NCBI GenBank assembly: GCA_964450975.1
Contig: CAYVFO010000003.1
Coordinates: 1 to 41,464, forward strand
Length of the DNA stretch: 41,464 bases
Direction of reading: 5' to 3'
Origin: an uncultured Elusimicrobia bacterium
GTDB taxonomy: Bacteria; Elusimicrobiota; Elusimicrobia; UBA1565; UBA9628
Both the position numbers and the translations under genes were made by a program. The notes below the pieces were generated by a model. The model saw only the letters and a program-made list of their open reading frames with translations. It was not told where the DNA came from and did not search any database. Positions 17,002 to 26,538 of the stretch are shown here, in pieces. Numbering within the stretch: the first letter of the stretch is position 1; every line of letters begins with the position of its first letter.

Positions 17002-17718
17002 TTACGGCAGGTTCCAGAGGTGGTGCCACTGCGGGCGCAGGTGCACCTCTTTGACCACGCGGCGAGCGGCCGCCTCGAAGCGCAGGGCGCGCTCGGGCTC
17101 GATCGGCTTGGCGCCGCCGAAGGGCGTCGCCGGCTGCAGGTACAGGGGAACGGGGCGCGGCGAGCGCTTCACGAGGTCCAAAACTTTCTTCCACTCGTCG
17201 TCGGTCGTCTTGCTCGTGAGCACGACCTTGATGAACGTGCCGGGCGGCGCGGCGCGCAGGAAGTCGCGGTGCGCGGTCCAGTGCTCGCGGCCCGTGGACG
17301 AAGGCAGCTTCACGTCCATCGCGACGGCGTCGCACAGCGGCGCGAGCGCGCTCATCGGAACCGGCAGCGTGCCGTTCGTCTCGAGGTGGTTCTCGAGGCC
17401 GTTCTTGTGCGCCCAGCGCATCAGCGGCATGAGGAACTGCGCGTGGAGGAGCGGCTCTCCCCCCGTCCAGGAGATCGAGCGGTGCGCGCGCTCGTGCGCG
17501 AGCTGGCGGATCTCCTCCTTGACCCATTCGGCGGTCCTGATCTCGCCGGAGGGGATGGGGATCGTGTCGGGCTCGTCGCAGTAGTCGCAGTGGAGGTTGC
17601 AGCCGCCGAGGCGCGCGAAGATCTGCCGCTCGCCAAGGCGCGGGCCCTCGCCCTGCAGAGACGAGAATATCTCGACGACCCGCGCGCGGGTCTCGTCCGA
17701 CAGAGCGAGCGTCTTCAA
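17002..17718 (-). CDS. queE: 7-carboxy-7-deazaguanine synthase
   Basis: SLQGEGP and radical SAM motif [12 protein letters not shown] start overlaps the queC TGA (TTGA). Confidence 0.88.
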   Translation of the reverse strand: MKTLALSDETRARVVEIFSSLQGEGPRLGERQIFARLGGCNLHCDYCDEPDTIPIPSGEIRTAEWVKEEIRQLAHERAHRSISWTGGEPLLHAQFLMPLMRWAHKNGLENHLETNGTLPVPMSALAPLCDAVAMDVKLPSSTGREHWTAHRDFLRAAPPGTFIKVVLTSKTTDDEWKKVLDLVKRSPRPVPLYLQPATPFGGAKPIEPERALRFEAAARRVVKEVHLRPQWHHLWNLP

Positions 17719-18389
17719 GCGGCCGGGTCCTTCCTGCCGGCCTCGCGGAAGCCCTTCGCCCGCAGCTTGCAGGAGTCGCACGTCCCGCACTGGCGCCTGC
17801 CGCCCGCGTAGCACGACCACGTGAGCTCGAGCGGCGCGCCGACCTTCTCGGCCAGGCGCACGACGCCTTTCTTGTCGAGGCGCAGGAGCGGCGCGTAGAT
17901 CTTGAGCGGCTTGCCCTCGGAGCCGCGCTTGGTGCCTTCCTTGGCGACCTTGCCGAACGCGTCGATGAACGGCGGGCGGCAGTCCGGATAGCCCGAATAG
18001 TCCAGGGCGTTCGCGCCGATGACGATCGCGCTCGCGCCGACGGCGTCCGCCAGCGACACGGCGAGCGAGAGGAACATCGTGTTGCGGCCGGGGACGTAGG
18101 TCGAGGGAACGCCGCCGCTCCCGATCTTGCTCAACGGCATGGACGGCAAACGGATGCTTTTATTGGTCAACGACGACCCTGCCAGCCACGGCAACGACAA
18201 TTCGACCTGGTGGAGCGGGATCGAAGCGGAGCGCGCCACGGCTCGGGCGGAACGGAGTTCGCGGACGTGCCTCTGACCGTAGCGGATGGACAATCCCACG
18301 CAGGCGAAGCCCTTCTTCTTCGCCCAATACAAAGCGGTCGTGCTGTCGAGTCCGCCCGACAGGAGAACGACGGCCTTCGGCTTGCTCAC
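17715..18389 (-). CDS. queC: 7-cyano-7-deazaguanine synthase
   Basis: [10 protein letters not shown]-loop. C-terminal Zn cluster [18 protein letters not shown] start overlaps the upstream TGA (GTGA). Confidence 0.9.
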   Translation of the reverse strand: MSKPKAVVLLSGGLDSTTALYWAKKKGFACVGLSIRYGQRHVRELRSARAVARSASIPLHQVELSLPWLAGSSLTNKSIRLPSMPLSKIGSGGVPSTYVPGRNTMFLSLAVSLADAVGASAIVIGANALDYSGYPDCRPPFIDAFGKVAKEGTKRGSEGKPLKIYAPLLRLDKKGVVRLAEKVGAPLELTWSCYAGGRRQCGTCDSCKLRAKGFREAGRKDPAA

Positions 18390-19168
18390 GCCTTCTTCAC
18401 CGGGAACTTCCCCTCGAGCGCCTCGCGGCAGATGCGGATCACGTCGGGGCTGAAGTTGCCCTTCTCGATCATCCAGGAGATGTAGCCGCGATCGGAGCGC
18501 ACGACCTCGGCCAAGGTCTTGCCCTTGTGCTTGTTGCCGAAGCCGAACGCGGCCTCGCCCGCTTTCCAGACGAACTTGCCCTCGGCGTCGACGCGGTTCG
18601 GGTCGATCTGCGCGCACCAGGCGTCGAGGCCCGCGACGTCCTTCGGCAGGTCGGCGTAGCGCTCGACCTGGGCGAAGAGGATCTCGGCGGTCGCGCGCGC
18701 GTCGGCCTCGGCGCGGTGGGCGCCGGAGAGGTCCTTGCCGCAGTAGAACTTGTAGGCGGCGGTGAGGTCGCGGCGCTCCTTGCGCGAGAAGATCACGAAG
18801 GAGTCCACGATGCGCCGCCCCGTGCCGGGCCAGTCGGTGCCGCAGCGCTTGAACTCGGCGGACAAGAGCGGGATGTCGTAGCGCGCCGCGTTGAAGCCGG
18901 AGAGGTCCGCGCCCTCGAAGAGCTCGAGCAGCTTGGGCACGAGGTCGACGAAGCGCGGCTCATTGGCGACCATCTCGTCGGTGATGTGGTGGACCGCGGA
19001 GGCCTCGGCGGGGATCGGCACGCCGGGGTTCACGAGCGAGGACCAGACGACCTCGCTTCCGTCGGGATTGCGGCGGACGACGCAGACGTCGACGACGCGG
19101 TCGTTGAGCGGATCGACGCCGGTCGCCTCCAGGTCGAAGACGCAGAGAGGGCGGTCGAGCTTGATCAT
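18386..19168 (-). CDS. DEDDh 3'-5' exonuclease (DnaQ-like) with C-terminal DUF3820-like extension
   Basis: Exo I FDLEATG, Exo II FNAARYDIPLL, Exo III HRAEADA. C-terminal KGKTLAEVVRSDRGYISWMIEKG. ATGA overlap upstream. Confidence 0.8.
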   Translation of the reverse strand: MIKLDRPLCVFDLEATGVDPLNDRVVDVCVVRRNPDGSEVVWSSLVNPGVPIPAEASAVHHITDEMVANEPRFVDLVPKLLELFEGADLSGFNAARYDIPLLSAEFKRCGTDWPGTGRRIVDSFVIFSRKERRDLTAAYKFYCGKDLSGAHRAEADARATAEILFAQVERYADLPKDVAGLDAWCAQIDPNRVDAEGKFVWKAGEAAFGFGNKHKGKTLAEVVRSDRGYISWMIEKGNFSPDVIRICREALEGKFPVKKA

Positions 19169-19734
19169 CGGGGCGGCTCCTGCGCGGGCGCGGTCGCCGG
19201 CGCGGTTGACACGGACTGAACGGAGGTCGGCGCGAGCTCGAGCGGCGGCTCGGGAGCCGGAACGGGGACGGGCTCCGGCGAGGGCGCGGCGGCCGTCGAC
19301 GCCGTGGGCGGAACGACGAGAATGACGCGGGCGGGCCCCGTCGAGACGGGAACCTCGTGCTTGGCGCCCTTCGGCTTGCAGTCGTAGGTCAGGTGCTGGA
19401 ACGGCGCGATCTTGAAGTGCTCCATGCCCTTGTCGAGGTTCGTCGTGACGTCCTCGCCCGAGTAGGAGATGTCGGTGTCCTGGCGGTGATAGTCGTCGGT
19501 GACCTGCGGCGCGAGCTCCTTGCCGCAGTTCTTGCGCATCTTGCGCAGCGCGTCGCGGCGGCGGCCGGACACGAACCAGCCCCAGCCGTCGGTCGAGTAG
19601 CGGACGTGCCCGCCGCCCATGTCGACGAAGCCGACCTCCTTGACCGGGCCTTTGCGCGGCTTGCGGCGCTCGACGGTCTCGGCCACGCACGACGACAGCG
19701 CGGCGATCAGCACGAACAGAAGCGCGTTTCTCAT
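19165..19734 (-). CDS. lipoprotein, unknown function
   Basis: MRNALLFVLIAALSSC has a canonical lipobox (LSSC). Pro/Ala-rich C-terminus. ATGA overlaps on both sides. Confidence 0.65.
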   Translation of the reverse strand: MRNALLFVLIAALSSCVAETVERRKPRKGPVKEVGFVDMGGGHVRYSTDGWGWFVSGRRRDALRKMRKNCGKELAPQVTDDYHRQDTDISYSGEDVTTNLDKGMEHFKIAPFQHLTYDCKPKGAKHEVPVSTGPARVILVVPPTASTAAAPSPEPVPVPAPEPPLELAPTSVQSVSTAPATAPAQEPPR

Positions 19735-21089
19735 TTGAGAGCCCTCAGCGCGGCCGTGGGCACGATCTCGGGAGCGGACGCGGCGCCCGTCAGCCGCTCG
19801 GCGCAGCGCTTGCCGTCGAGGATCGTCTCCTCCATGAAGGAGTACTTCCACCCGCCGTAGCGGCCGATGGATTCCACGCCGAGCTTCTTGAAGTGTCCGA
19901 AGATCGCGTTCACCGCGGGCGTGCGCGCGCGGTCGTAGACGACGTAGCCGACGTCGACGGGCATCCAGATCTTGGCGGAGAGCTCGTCGCCGGCCTTCAT
20001 GATTCCGGCGTCGCGCAGGCCCTTGATGATCTGCTTCTCGAGCGCGTCGCGATCCACCTTCGCGCCGCCGGGCCGCGCGACCTCGATGTAGAGCGCGGAG
20101 TGCCCCGCGGGCGCCAGGTTCGGCGAGAAGTTCGAGGAGTAGCCGACGCGGTAGAACGGGAAGCGCTTCTCGGGGTAGTAGATCCAGTGCTTGTCGGCGG
20201 GCGCGGGCCGGTTGATGCCGACGTTGAGGTTCCACACCGTGTTCCAGCGCAGCGCGCGGCGCGCGGTCCTCACGGCGGGCGGCAGCGGCGACGCGAGATC
20301 GAGGAAGACGTTGAGCGGCAAGGTGTTCACGAGGCGCTCGAAGCGCACCTCGCCGAGCCCTTTGACGACCGCGACCTTCTCGCGGAGGTCGACGGCGGTC
20401 ACGGGCGAGCCGGTGCGCACAACGCCGGGCTCGAGCCTGGAAGCGAGCGCGTCGGGAAGAACCTGGATGCCGCCGCGCACGGGGTAGCGGAACGTCGCGT
20501 TGTAGCCGAACAGCGCGTTCTGCTCGGCCAGGGCGCCGTAGACGACCTCGGAAGCGGAGGGCTTCGGCACGAAGCGGCCCTGCCACTCGGTCGTCAATTT
20601 GTTCAGCGGCGTGCGCCAGAGCTTCTCGTTGTACGGCCGCATGAAGCGCTCGGTGATGCCCGTTCCGAACGTGGCGCGCGACCACGAGAGGAAGTCGGGC
20701 GCCTTGGGCAGCTCCTTCGGCCGGTGCACGGTCTCGAGGAAGCCCGCGACGCACTCGGCGACGACCTTCGGCGGCAGGCCCTTCGTGTTCGCCTGGAACG
20801 GGTAGCGCGTGTACGCCTTCGAGGAGTAGATCCACGCCTTGCGCTCGTGCGAGGCGACGTTGTCCTTGAGGAGATCGAGGATGAGCTTCTTGCCGTACTC
20901 GTCGTGGAGATGGAGCAGGTGGCCGGTGTAGTCGAACGTGAAGCCGCCCGTCTTCACCGAGCCCGCCGTGCCGCCCACCGTGTCCTTGGCTTCGACGACG
21001 AGGCGGTTCTTGACCCCGCGCTCGCCCAGGTGATGGGCGGTCGAGAGGCCCGCGAGTCCGCCGCCGAGGATCAGGACGTCGGTCTTCAT
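19731..21089 (-). CDS. FAD/NAD(P)-binding oxidoreductase, UDP-galactopyranose mutase-like
   Basis: DVLILGGGLAGLS dinucleotide fold, EAKDTVGG, C-terminal GRYGGWKYSFMEE resembling the Glf-type tail. The Glf-like assignment is from memory only. Confidence 0.6.
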   Translation of the reverse strand: MKTDVLILGGGLAGLSTAHHLGERGVKNRLVVEAKDTVGGTAGSVKTGGFTFDYTGHLLHLHDEYGKKLILDLLKDNVASHERKAWIYSSKAYTRYPFQANTKGLPPKVVAECVAGFLETVHRPKELPKAPDFLSWSRATFGTGITERFMRPYNEKLWRTPLNKLTTEWQGRFVPKPSASEVVYGALAEQNALFGYNATFRYPVRGGIQVLPDALASRLEPGVVRTGSPVTAVDLREKVAVVKGLGEVRFERLVNTLPLNVFLDLASPLPPAVRTARRALRWNTVWNLNVGINRPAPADKHWIYYPEKRFPFYRVGYSSNFSPNLAPAGHSALYIEVARPGGAKVDRDALEKQIIKGLRDAGIMKAGDELSAKIWMPVDVGYVVYDRARTPAVNAIFGHFKKLGVESIGRYGGWKYSFMEETILDGKRCAERLTGAASAPEIVPTAALRALK

Positions 21090-22117
21090 CGCATCTCGAC
21101 GAGCGCCATGCGGCGCGCGACCCATCCGACGAGGACGGCGACCAGGATGTACACCGCGACCGCGCTGCGCAGCGGCAGCTGCGTGACGAGGAACGCGCAG
21201 AAGGAGAGGAACGCCGCCGCGCCGCCCGCCATGACGACGACGGTGTTGCGCGTAAAGCCCATCTTCTCGAGGCGCAGCGCGAAGTGATCCCTCGAGCCCA
21301 AAAACGGCGACTTGCCCTGGTTGAGGCGCAGCATCGAGACGAAGAGCGTGTCGAACGCGGGCACGAAGAGGATGAGCAGCGGCGCGAACGGGCCGGCGTC
21401 GTTGACGTCGGAGTAGCGAGTGCCGAGCGAGATGCCGGCGAGCAAAAAGCCGATCAACAGCGAGCCGCAGTCGCCCATGAAGATCTTGCGCGAGCGGGAC
21501 ATGTTCCACGGGATGAAGCCGATCGCGGCGCCCGCGAGCGCGGCGGAGGCGAAGTTCACGTAGAGCTCTTCCGACGGCAGCGAGATCATCAAAAAGCCGA
21601 GCGCCGCGACGGCGGCCTGGGAGGCCGAGAGGCCGTCCATGATGTCGACGATGTTGAAGGCGTTGGTGACGCCGACGACCCAGACCATCGTGATCGCCGC
21701 GGCGACGTACGCGGGATCAACGAAGCGCACGCGCAGGCCGAAGAGGATCAGGAGCAGCGCGGCCAGGATCTGCACGAGGAACTTGGGCTTATAGTCGAGG
21801 CCTTCGGGGCGCTTGAGGTCGTCGACGAGCCCGAGGACGAACACGAGCGTGCCGCCGAGGACGAGCGCGCGCAGGTTGTAGAGCGTGCCGGTCGGGAAGT
21901 TGGTGGTGAGGCGCAGCAGCAGCATCGTCGCCATGAAGCCCGCGTAGATCGCGACGCCGCCGAACACGGGCGTCGGCTCCTTGTGGGTCTTCACCGAGGA
22001 CGTCGGCGCGTCGAGCAGGCCGAAGCGCAGCGCGACCGAGCGCATCAGCGGCGTCGTGATGAACGACACCGCGGCCGCGCACGCGAAGGAGACGAAGAGG
22101 AGACCCGCCTGCGTCAC
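21086..22117 (-). CDS. polyprenyl-phosphate N-acetylhexosamine-1-phosphate transferase (WecA/MraY family, GT4)
   Basis: Multi-TM. GLVDDL and NAFNIVDIMDGL family motifs. GTG 22117 overlaps the upstream TGA (GTGA); track start 22147 is the alternative. Confidence 0.8.
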   Translation of the reverse strand: MTQAGLLFVSFACAAAVSFITTPLMRSVALRFGLLDAPTSSVKTHKEPTPVFGGVAIYAGFMATMLLLRLTTNFPTGTLYNLRALVLGGTLVFVLGLVDDLKRPEGLDYKPKFLVQILAALLLILFGLRVRFVDPAYVAAAITMVWVVGVTNAFNIVDIMDGLSASQAAVAALGFLMISLPSEELYVNFASAALAGAAIGFIPWNMSRSRKIFMGDCGSLLIGFLLAGISLGTRYSDVNDAGPFAPLLILFVPAFDTLFVSMLRLNQGKSPFLGSRDHFALRLEKMGFTRNTVVVMAGGAAAFLSFCAFLVTQLPLRSAVAVYILVAVLVGWVARRMALVEMR

Positions 22118-24090
22118 GAGCCCTCCCCCAGGCCCGCGACGACGCACGCGCGGCCCTCGTACTCGGTCTTGAGCGTCTTCTCGAGCCCCGCCCAGTTCGC
22201 GGCGCCCTTCGGCGTCAGCGAGCCCAGCGAGGCGCCCAGGCGCGCGGCCTCGCGCGGGACGATCATCACGCGCGTGAAGCCGTCGGCGCGCAGGGCCGAC
22301 AGGAGCGCCGCGGTGTCGGCGGCCTCGTTGGCGCGGCGGACGAAGAGGTTGGGCATGTGCACGGTGCTGGGGAGGTGGTCGGCGCCGAGGTAGTAGCCGC
22401 GCTGCTCGCCGACGACGAGGATTTTATCATTCGGCCTGGCCGCCCCGGTCAGCCACGCGGCGCACGGGTAGTACTCGAGGCGGCGCGCGAGGAACGCCTC
22501 CCGCGACTCGAGGCCGAACGCCGTCGAGGACGAGGAGAAGCTCTCGTGGACGAACACGAACAAAAACAGGTGCGCCGCGGTCATGACGCCCACCGACGCC
22601 GCGACCGCGCCGCGTCCCCAGCCCGGCAGGATGTCCCAGAGCTTCACGAGGCCGACGGCGCCCAGGAGCGCCATGAGCGGCACGAGCACGACGAGGAAGC
22701 GGAGCACGACGCCGGTCGAGAACCAGACGGCGGCCCAGACCGCGCAGTAGAGCAGCAGGCCCTTGAGCGCGCGGTTCTTCGACGCCGCCCACGCCCCCAG
22801 CGGCAGGAGCCACAGGACGACGTCCCAGCCGAGGTCGCCGAGCACGTCCATCCCCCCGCCGAAGCGCAGCGGGTTGCGCAGGAGCAGGATCGGCATCATG
22901 ATGAGGCTCTTGAACCAGCCGTGCGCGTGGCCGTACTCGGTCAGCACCGAGAAGTAGCCGGCGGCGAGCTCGGAGGTCCAGCCCGTGTTCGCATTCTCGA
23001 AGAACTTGTAGAGGAACGGGAAGACGGGGTTCTTCACCGCGAGCCAGTTCTTGATCAGCCACGGCGCGAACAAGGCGGACACGATCGCGACGAAGCCCGC
23101 GAGATCGGCGACGCGGGCCGCGCGGTTCTTCTCGCCGAGGCACATGAAGAGCAGCCGCGCGCCGAGAATCGCCGCGCCGATGCCCGCGTAGTATTTCGTC
23201 CCGAGGGCGAGACCGGTGAAGGCCGCGGAAAGCCACAGCCAGCCGCGGTGATCGCCGCCGTCCGGCGAGAGCCCGCGCCAGCGCTCGAAACAGAGAGCGG
23301 CCGCGGTGACCCAGAGCATCACGAGGGGCTCCACGTACGTCGTCGAGGACATCAGCAGGACCGCGGCGTGCGTGGCGATGAAGAGAGAGGCGAGCAGCAC
23401 CGCGTTCATCGGCGCCTCGCGCCGCCCGAGCGCGAAGATCCACCAGATCGCGAGCACCGTCGAGAGCCACATATACATCTGCGCGAGCAGGTCGCTGCCG
23501 AGCAGAAGGGCGAGCGTGAAGAGCATCTCGCCGTACTGCGGGAAGTGCGCGTAGACGATGCCGGGCGGCGCGAACAGCCGGCCCTCGCGCACGTACGCCG
23601 CCGGCAGGCCCAGGTGGTAGACGAGCGAGTCGTACTGGTGCGGCGGCACGAGGCACATCCAGAGGGCGGCCAGGAGAGGCAGCACGACCGCCATCGCCGC
23701 AATCGGCCGCTCCCGCAGCAGGCTCTGGTCGGGCGCCAGCGACTCGAGCGCGGGCTTGAGCTCGGCGAAGCCGAACACCCAGAGGGCCGCGAGCAGCCCC
23801 GACGCGGCCCAGGGCGCGTAGAGCCCGGCCGCGCCCAACGCGACGCCGCCGACGGCGAGAAGGCCGAGGCCGAGCGTGGCGCCCGCGAGCGTCTTCTGCG
23901 ACTCGCTCATGTCGGAGAGCCCGAGCAGCCCGGCGAGCTTGCGGCCCGAGCCGGTGGCGAGAAGAACGGTGAGGACGAGGAGGACGAAGGGGATCGCGCC
24001 GGGCCGCAAGGCGACCCACAGCGAGTCGGCGGCCGAGGCCGCGCCGAGCGCGGCCGTGAGCAGCGCGAACGCCGCGGCCGCTCGCGCCAT
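22114..24090 (-). CDS. large polytopic membrane protein, putative GT-C-fold glycosyltransferase with C-terminal soluble domain
   Basis: Last 658 codons of track ORF 22114..24501(-). More than 12 hydrophobic segments. First-loop motif PPHQYDSLVYHLGLP. About 150-aa soluble tail. The family call is tentative. Confidence 0.5.
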   Translation of the reverse strand: MARAAAAFALLTAALGAASAADSLWVALRPGAIPFVLLVLTVLLATGSGRKLAGLLGLSDMSESQKTLAGATLGLGLLAVGGVALGAAGLYAPWAASGLLAALWVFGFAELKPALESLAPDQSLLRERPIAAMAVVLPLLAALWMCLVPPHQYDSLVYHLGLPAAYVREGRLFAPPGIVYAHFPQYGEMLFTLALLLGSDLLAQMYMWLSTVLAIWWIFALGRREAPMNAVLLASLFIATHAAVLLMSSTTYVEPLVMLWVTAAALCFERWRGLSPDGGDHRGWLWLSAAFTGLALGTKYYAGIGAAILGARLLFMCLGEKNRAARVADLAGFVAIVSALFAPWLIKNWLAVKNPVFPFLYKFFENANTGWTSELAAGYFSVLTEYGHAHGWFKSLIMMPILLLRNPLRFGGGMDVLGDLGWDVVLWLLPLGAWAASKNRALKGLLLYCAVWAAVWFSTGVVLRFLVVLVPLMALLGAVGLVKLWDILPGWGRGAVAASVGVMTAAHLFLFVFVHESFSSSSTAFGLESREAFLARRLEYYPCAAWLTGAARPNDKILVVGEQRGYYLGADHLPSTVHMPNLFVRRANEAADTAALLSALRADGFTRVMIVPREAARLGASLGSLTPKGAANWAGLEKTLKTEYEGRACVVAGLGEGS

Positions 24091-24839
24091 CAGCCCTTCT
24101 TCGGCTCGAAGAGGGCCAGCTTGACGATGCCGATGCGCTGGAGCACGTAGAGGGCCAGGCACCACAGCGCCTCGAGGCCGTACACGCACGAGCGCCGGAA
24201 GTTGATCGACGAGGCCTCGGCGAAGTAGCGCGCCGCGACGGGCACGTCGCCCATGCGCTGCTTCATGTACGCGGCCTGGATCAGGAACTGCTGGTCGAAG
24301 ACGAAGTCGTCGGAGTTGTTCTCCCACGGGATGGTCTCGAGGCACTTGCGCGAGTACGCGCGCAGGCCCGAGTGCCACTCGCCCAGGTTCTGCCCGGTCA
24401 CGATGTTCTCGAAGCCGGTCAGGAGGCGGTTGAAGACGTACTTGTAGACGGGCATGCCGCCGCCGAGCGCCTCCCAGCGCGTGCGGATGCGGTTGCCGCA
24501 CACCATGTCGGCGATGTCGTTGGTGATGAGGCCGGCCATGATCGGCACGAGCCGCGCGTCGTACTGGTAATCGGGGTGGACCATGACGACGACGTCGGCG
24601 CCCTTCTCGAGGGCGGCCTTGTAGCAGGTCTTCTGGTTGCCGCCGTAGCCCTTGTTCGTCGTGTGCTGGATGACCGTCAGGCCCAGCTTCTTCGCCAGCG
24701 CGACCGTGCCGTCCTTGGAGCAGTCGTCGACGAGGATGACCTCGTCCACCGACCCGGGCGGGATGTCCTTGATGGTCCGCTCGAGGGTCTTCTCCGCGTT
24801 GTAGGCGGGCATGACGACGATCGTCTTGGCTTTGGGCAT
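24090..24839 (-). CDS. family 2 glycosyltransferase (polyprenyl-phosphate sugar synthase-like)
   Basis: VVMPAYNAEKTL, LVDDCSKDGT, HPDYQYD. One C-terminal hydrophobic helix. TATAAT (24854 to 24849) lies 9 nt before the ATG. Confidence 0.8.
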   Translation of the reverse strand: MPKAKTIVVMPAYNAEKTLERTIKDIPPGSVDEVILVDDCSKDGTVALAKKLGLTVIQHTTNKGYGGNQKTCYKAALEKGADVVVMVHPDYQYDARLVPIMAGLITNDIADMVCGNRIRTRWEALGGGMPVYKYVFNRLLTGFENIVTGQNLGEWHSGLRAYSRKCLETIPWENNSDDFVFDQQFLIQAAYMKQRMGDVPVAARYFAEASSINFRRSCVYGLEALWCLALYVLQRIGIVKLALFEPKKG

Positions 24840-24879
24840 GAGAGGGGTATTATAGGAAAGACGACGGGGGTATGACGCC

Positions 24880-26538
24880 TTAGCGGCGCAGTTTCCAGAC
24901 CCGGAGCCAGGGGCCCCGGACCTTGCCCGCCTCGAACGGGAACTCGGCGACGAGGTCGGCTCCGGCCGCCAATTCGGAGAAGAACGAGGCGTACTCGCGG
25001 GTGCGGCGCGGGTCGGCGCCGATGGAAGACGTCACGACGTACTTCGCGCGCACGGCGCGCACCGGATCGAGGCCCGGGCGCACGTCGAGGAAGTCGCCGT
25101 CGGCCTGCGACGCCGCCACGTGGCGCGGCGCGGAGAAGAGCTCGACGGCCTGCCGTTTGACTCGGTAAATCTTCCAGCCGCCGCCGGGGTGGCGCTCGGC
25201 CATCGCCTTCCAGAGCTTGGCGCGCGGGGAGCCGGCGGCCGCGGTCCGGGCGGCCAGGTCCTCGCACTGCTCCTTCGACGGGATCGCGCGCGGCGTGGCG
25301 TGCGGCAGATCGAGCAGAATCGTTTCCCCCGCCGGGATGTTCTTCGTCATCCACTCCTCGGCCTGGGCGCGCGTGTCGGGCAGGCGCAGCTCGGCGAGCC
25401 ACGCCCACGACATCCAGATTCCGGGAGCGAGCGCCAAGACGGCGACGGTCAGGCGGCGCCACGGCTTCTGGCCGCCGAGAAGGTTGAGGCCCTCGCCCGC
25501 GAGAACGGCGAGCGCGGGGAAGACGCCGAGCATGTAGCGCAGCCACGCGCCGTCGAAGCTGTACGAGAGCACGACGCCGTACGCGATCACGGGCACGATC
25601 AGAAGAACGGCGCGCTTCGTCTTCTTCCAGAGCAGGACGCCCAAACCCAGCAGCGCGGCCGCGCCGGCGGGCGAGCCGTCGCCGCCGAACGTCCACATGT
25701 TGTGGAGCACGCGCACGGCGGTCTCCGCGGCGTCGTGCGGACGCAGGCGGCCTAAGTCGCCATAGTCGGCCTGGTCCGCGATGAAGCGCTGGAACTCGAG
25801 GAGCACGTACGGCGAGCCCGCGAAGAACGCGGCGGCGGCGAAAGCGGCGGCCTGCAGGAGCCACGTGAAGTACGGCGCGCCCCCCTCGCGCAGCGCCCAC
25901 GCGAGCGGGACGACGAGCGCGATCGGCGCGGCGGTGTACTGCGTCGAGCACGCGGCTCCGACGGCGGCCGCGGAGGCGTAGAGCCAGCCGCGCGCGCCGC
26001 CCGACTGGAACTTGAGCGCGCACGCCCACGCGAGCGAGGCGAAGAAAGTCATCGTCATGTCGGGCTTCGCGGTGTGCGCGAGGTCGACGAGCGTGGGCGC
26101 CACGGCCAGGATCATCGCGGCGTACGGCCAGCGGCTCTTGTCGTCGGTCCGCTCCCAGCGCAGCATGACCGCGACCGCGCCGAGCGAGGCGGCGGCCGAG
26201 ACGAGGCGCGCGATCAGGTAGAAGCCCGTCGGCGCGAAGCCGTAGAGCGCGGCGAAGTCGAGCGGGCTCTTGCGCAGGCCGAAGAAAGACCAGAAGCCGA
26301 ACCACAGGCCGTAGAGGCCGGCGAGAAGCGTCGGCCAGAGCGTCGGGTACTTGAAGGAGTGCGGCCTAAGCGAGCCCGAGCCGAACGAGACGGCCATGTT
26401 GACCAAGTGCGGCTCGTCGGCGTTGTAGGTGTGCGGCAGGCCGTACGACGCCGTCGAGAAGCGCAGCCACGCGGCGAAGAGCGCGAACGCGAGACCCGCG
26501 TAGAGCCAGGGCGAGACTTCGGCGGCCTTCTTACGCAC
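24880..26538 (-). CDS. GT-C-fold glycosyltransferase (ArnT/PMT-like)
   Basis: GTG start. N-terminal loop motif YNADEPHLVNMA. About 11 TM segments plus a soluble C-terminal domain. 8-nt overlap with the upstream gene. Confidence 0.6.
   Translation of the reverse strand: MRKKAAEVSPWLYAGLAFALFAAWLRFSTASYGLPHTYNADEPHLVNMAVSFGSGSLRPHSFKYPTLWPTLLAGLYGLWFGFWSFFGLRKSPLDFAALYGFAPTGFYLIARLVSAAASLGAVAVMLRWERTDDKSRWPYAAMILAVAPTLVDLAHTAKPDMTMTFFASLAWACALKFQSGGARGWLYASAAAVGAACSTQYTAAPIALVVPLAWALREGGAPYFTWLLQAAAFAAAAFFAGSPYVLLEFQRFIADQADYGDLGRLRPHDAAETAVRVLHNMWTFGGDGSPAGAAALLGLGVLLWKKTKRAVLLIVPVIAYGVVLSYSFDGAWLRYMLGVFPALAVLAGEGLNLLGGQKPWRRLTVAVLALAPGIWMSWAWLAELRLPDTRAQAEEWMTKNIPAGETILLDLPHATPRAIPSKEQCEDLAARTAAAGSPRAKLWKAMAERHPGGGWKIYRVKRQAVELFSAPRHVAASQADGDFLDVRPGLDPVRAVRAKYVVTSSIGADPRRTREYASFFSELAAGADLVAEFPFEAGKVRGPWLRVWKLRR

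Noticed and set aside
16650-17054. 134-aa plus-strand ORF, and 16592..17527(-), across the ncRNA region
   Set aside because: The TTG start sits upstream of the -35 box and there is no RBS. The ORF runs through an intrinsic terminator into queE antisense, and its composition is R/G/A/S-rich. The region is better explained as a structured RNA.
22357-24150. 597-aa plus-strand ORF and 530-aa minus-strand ORF (22427..24019) over the GT-C-like gene
   Set aside because: R/E/D/G- or R/P/A-rich artefacts. The hydrophobic polytopic frame 22114..24090 is the coherent one and is translationally coupled on both sides.
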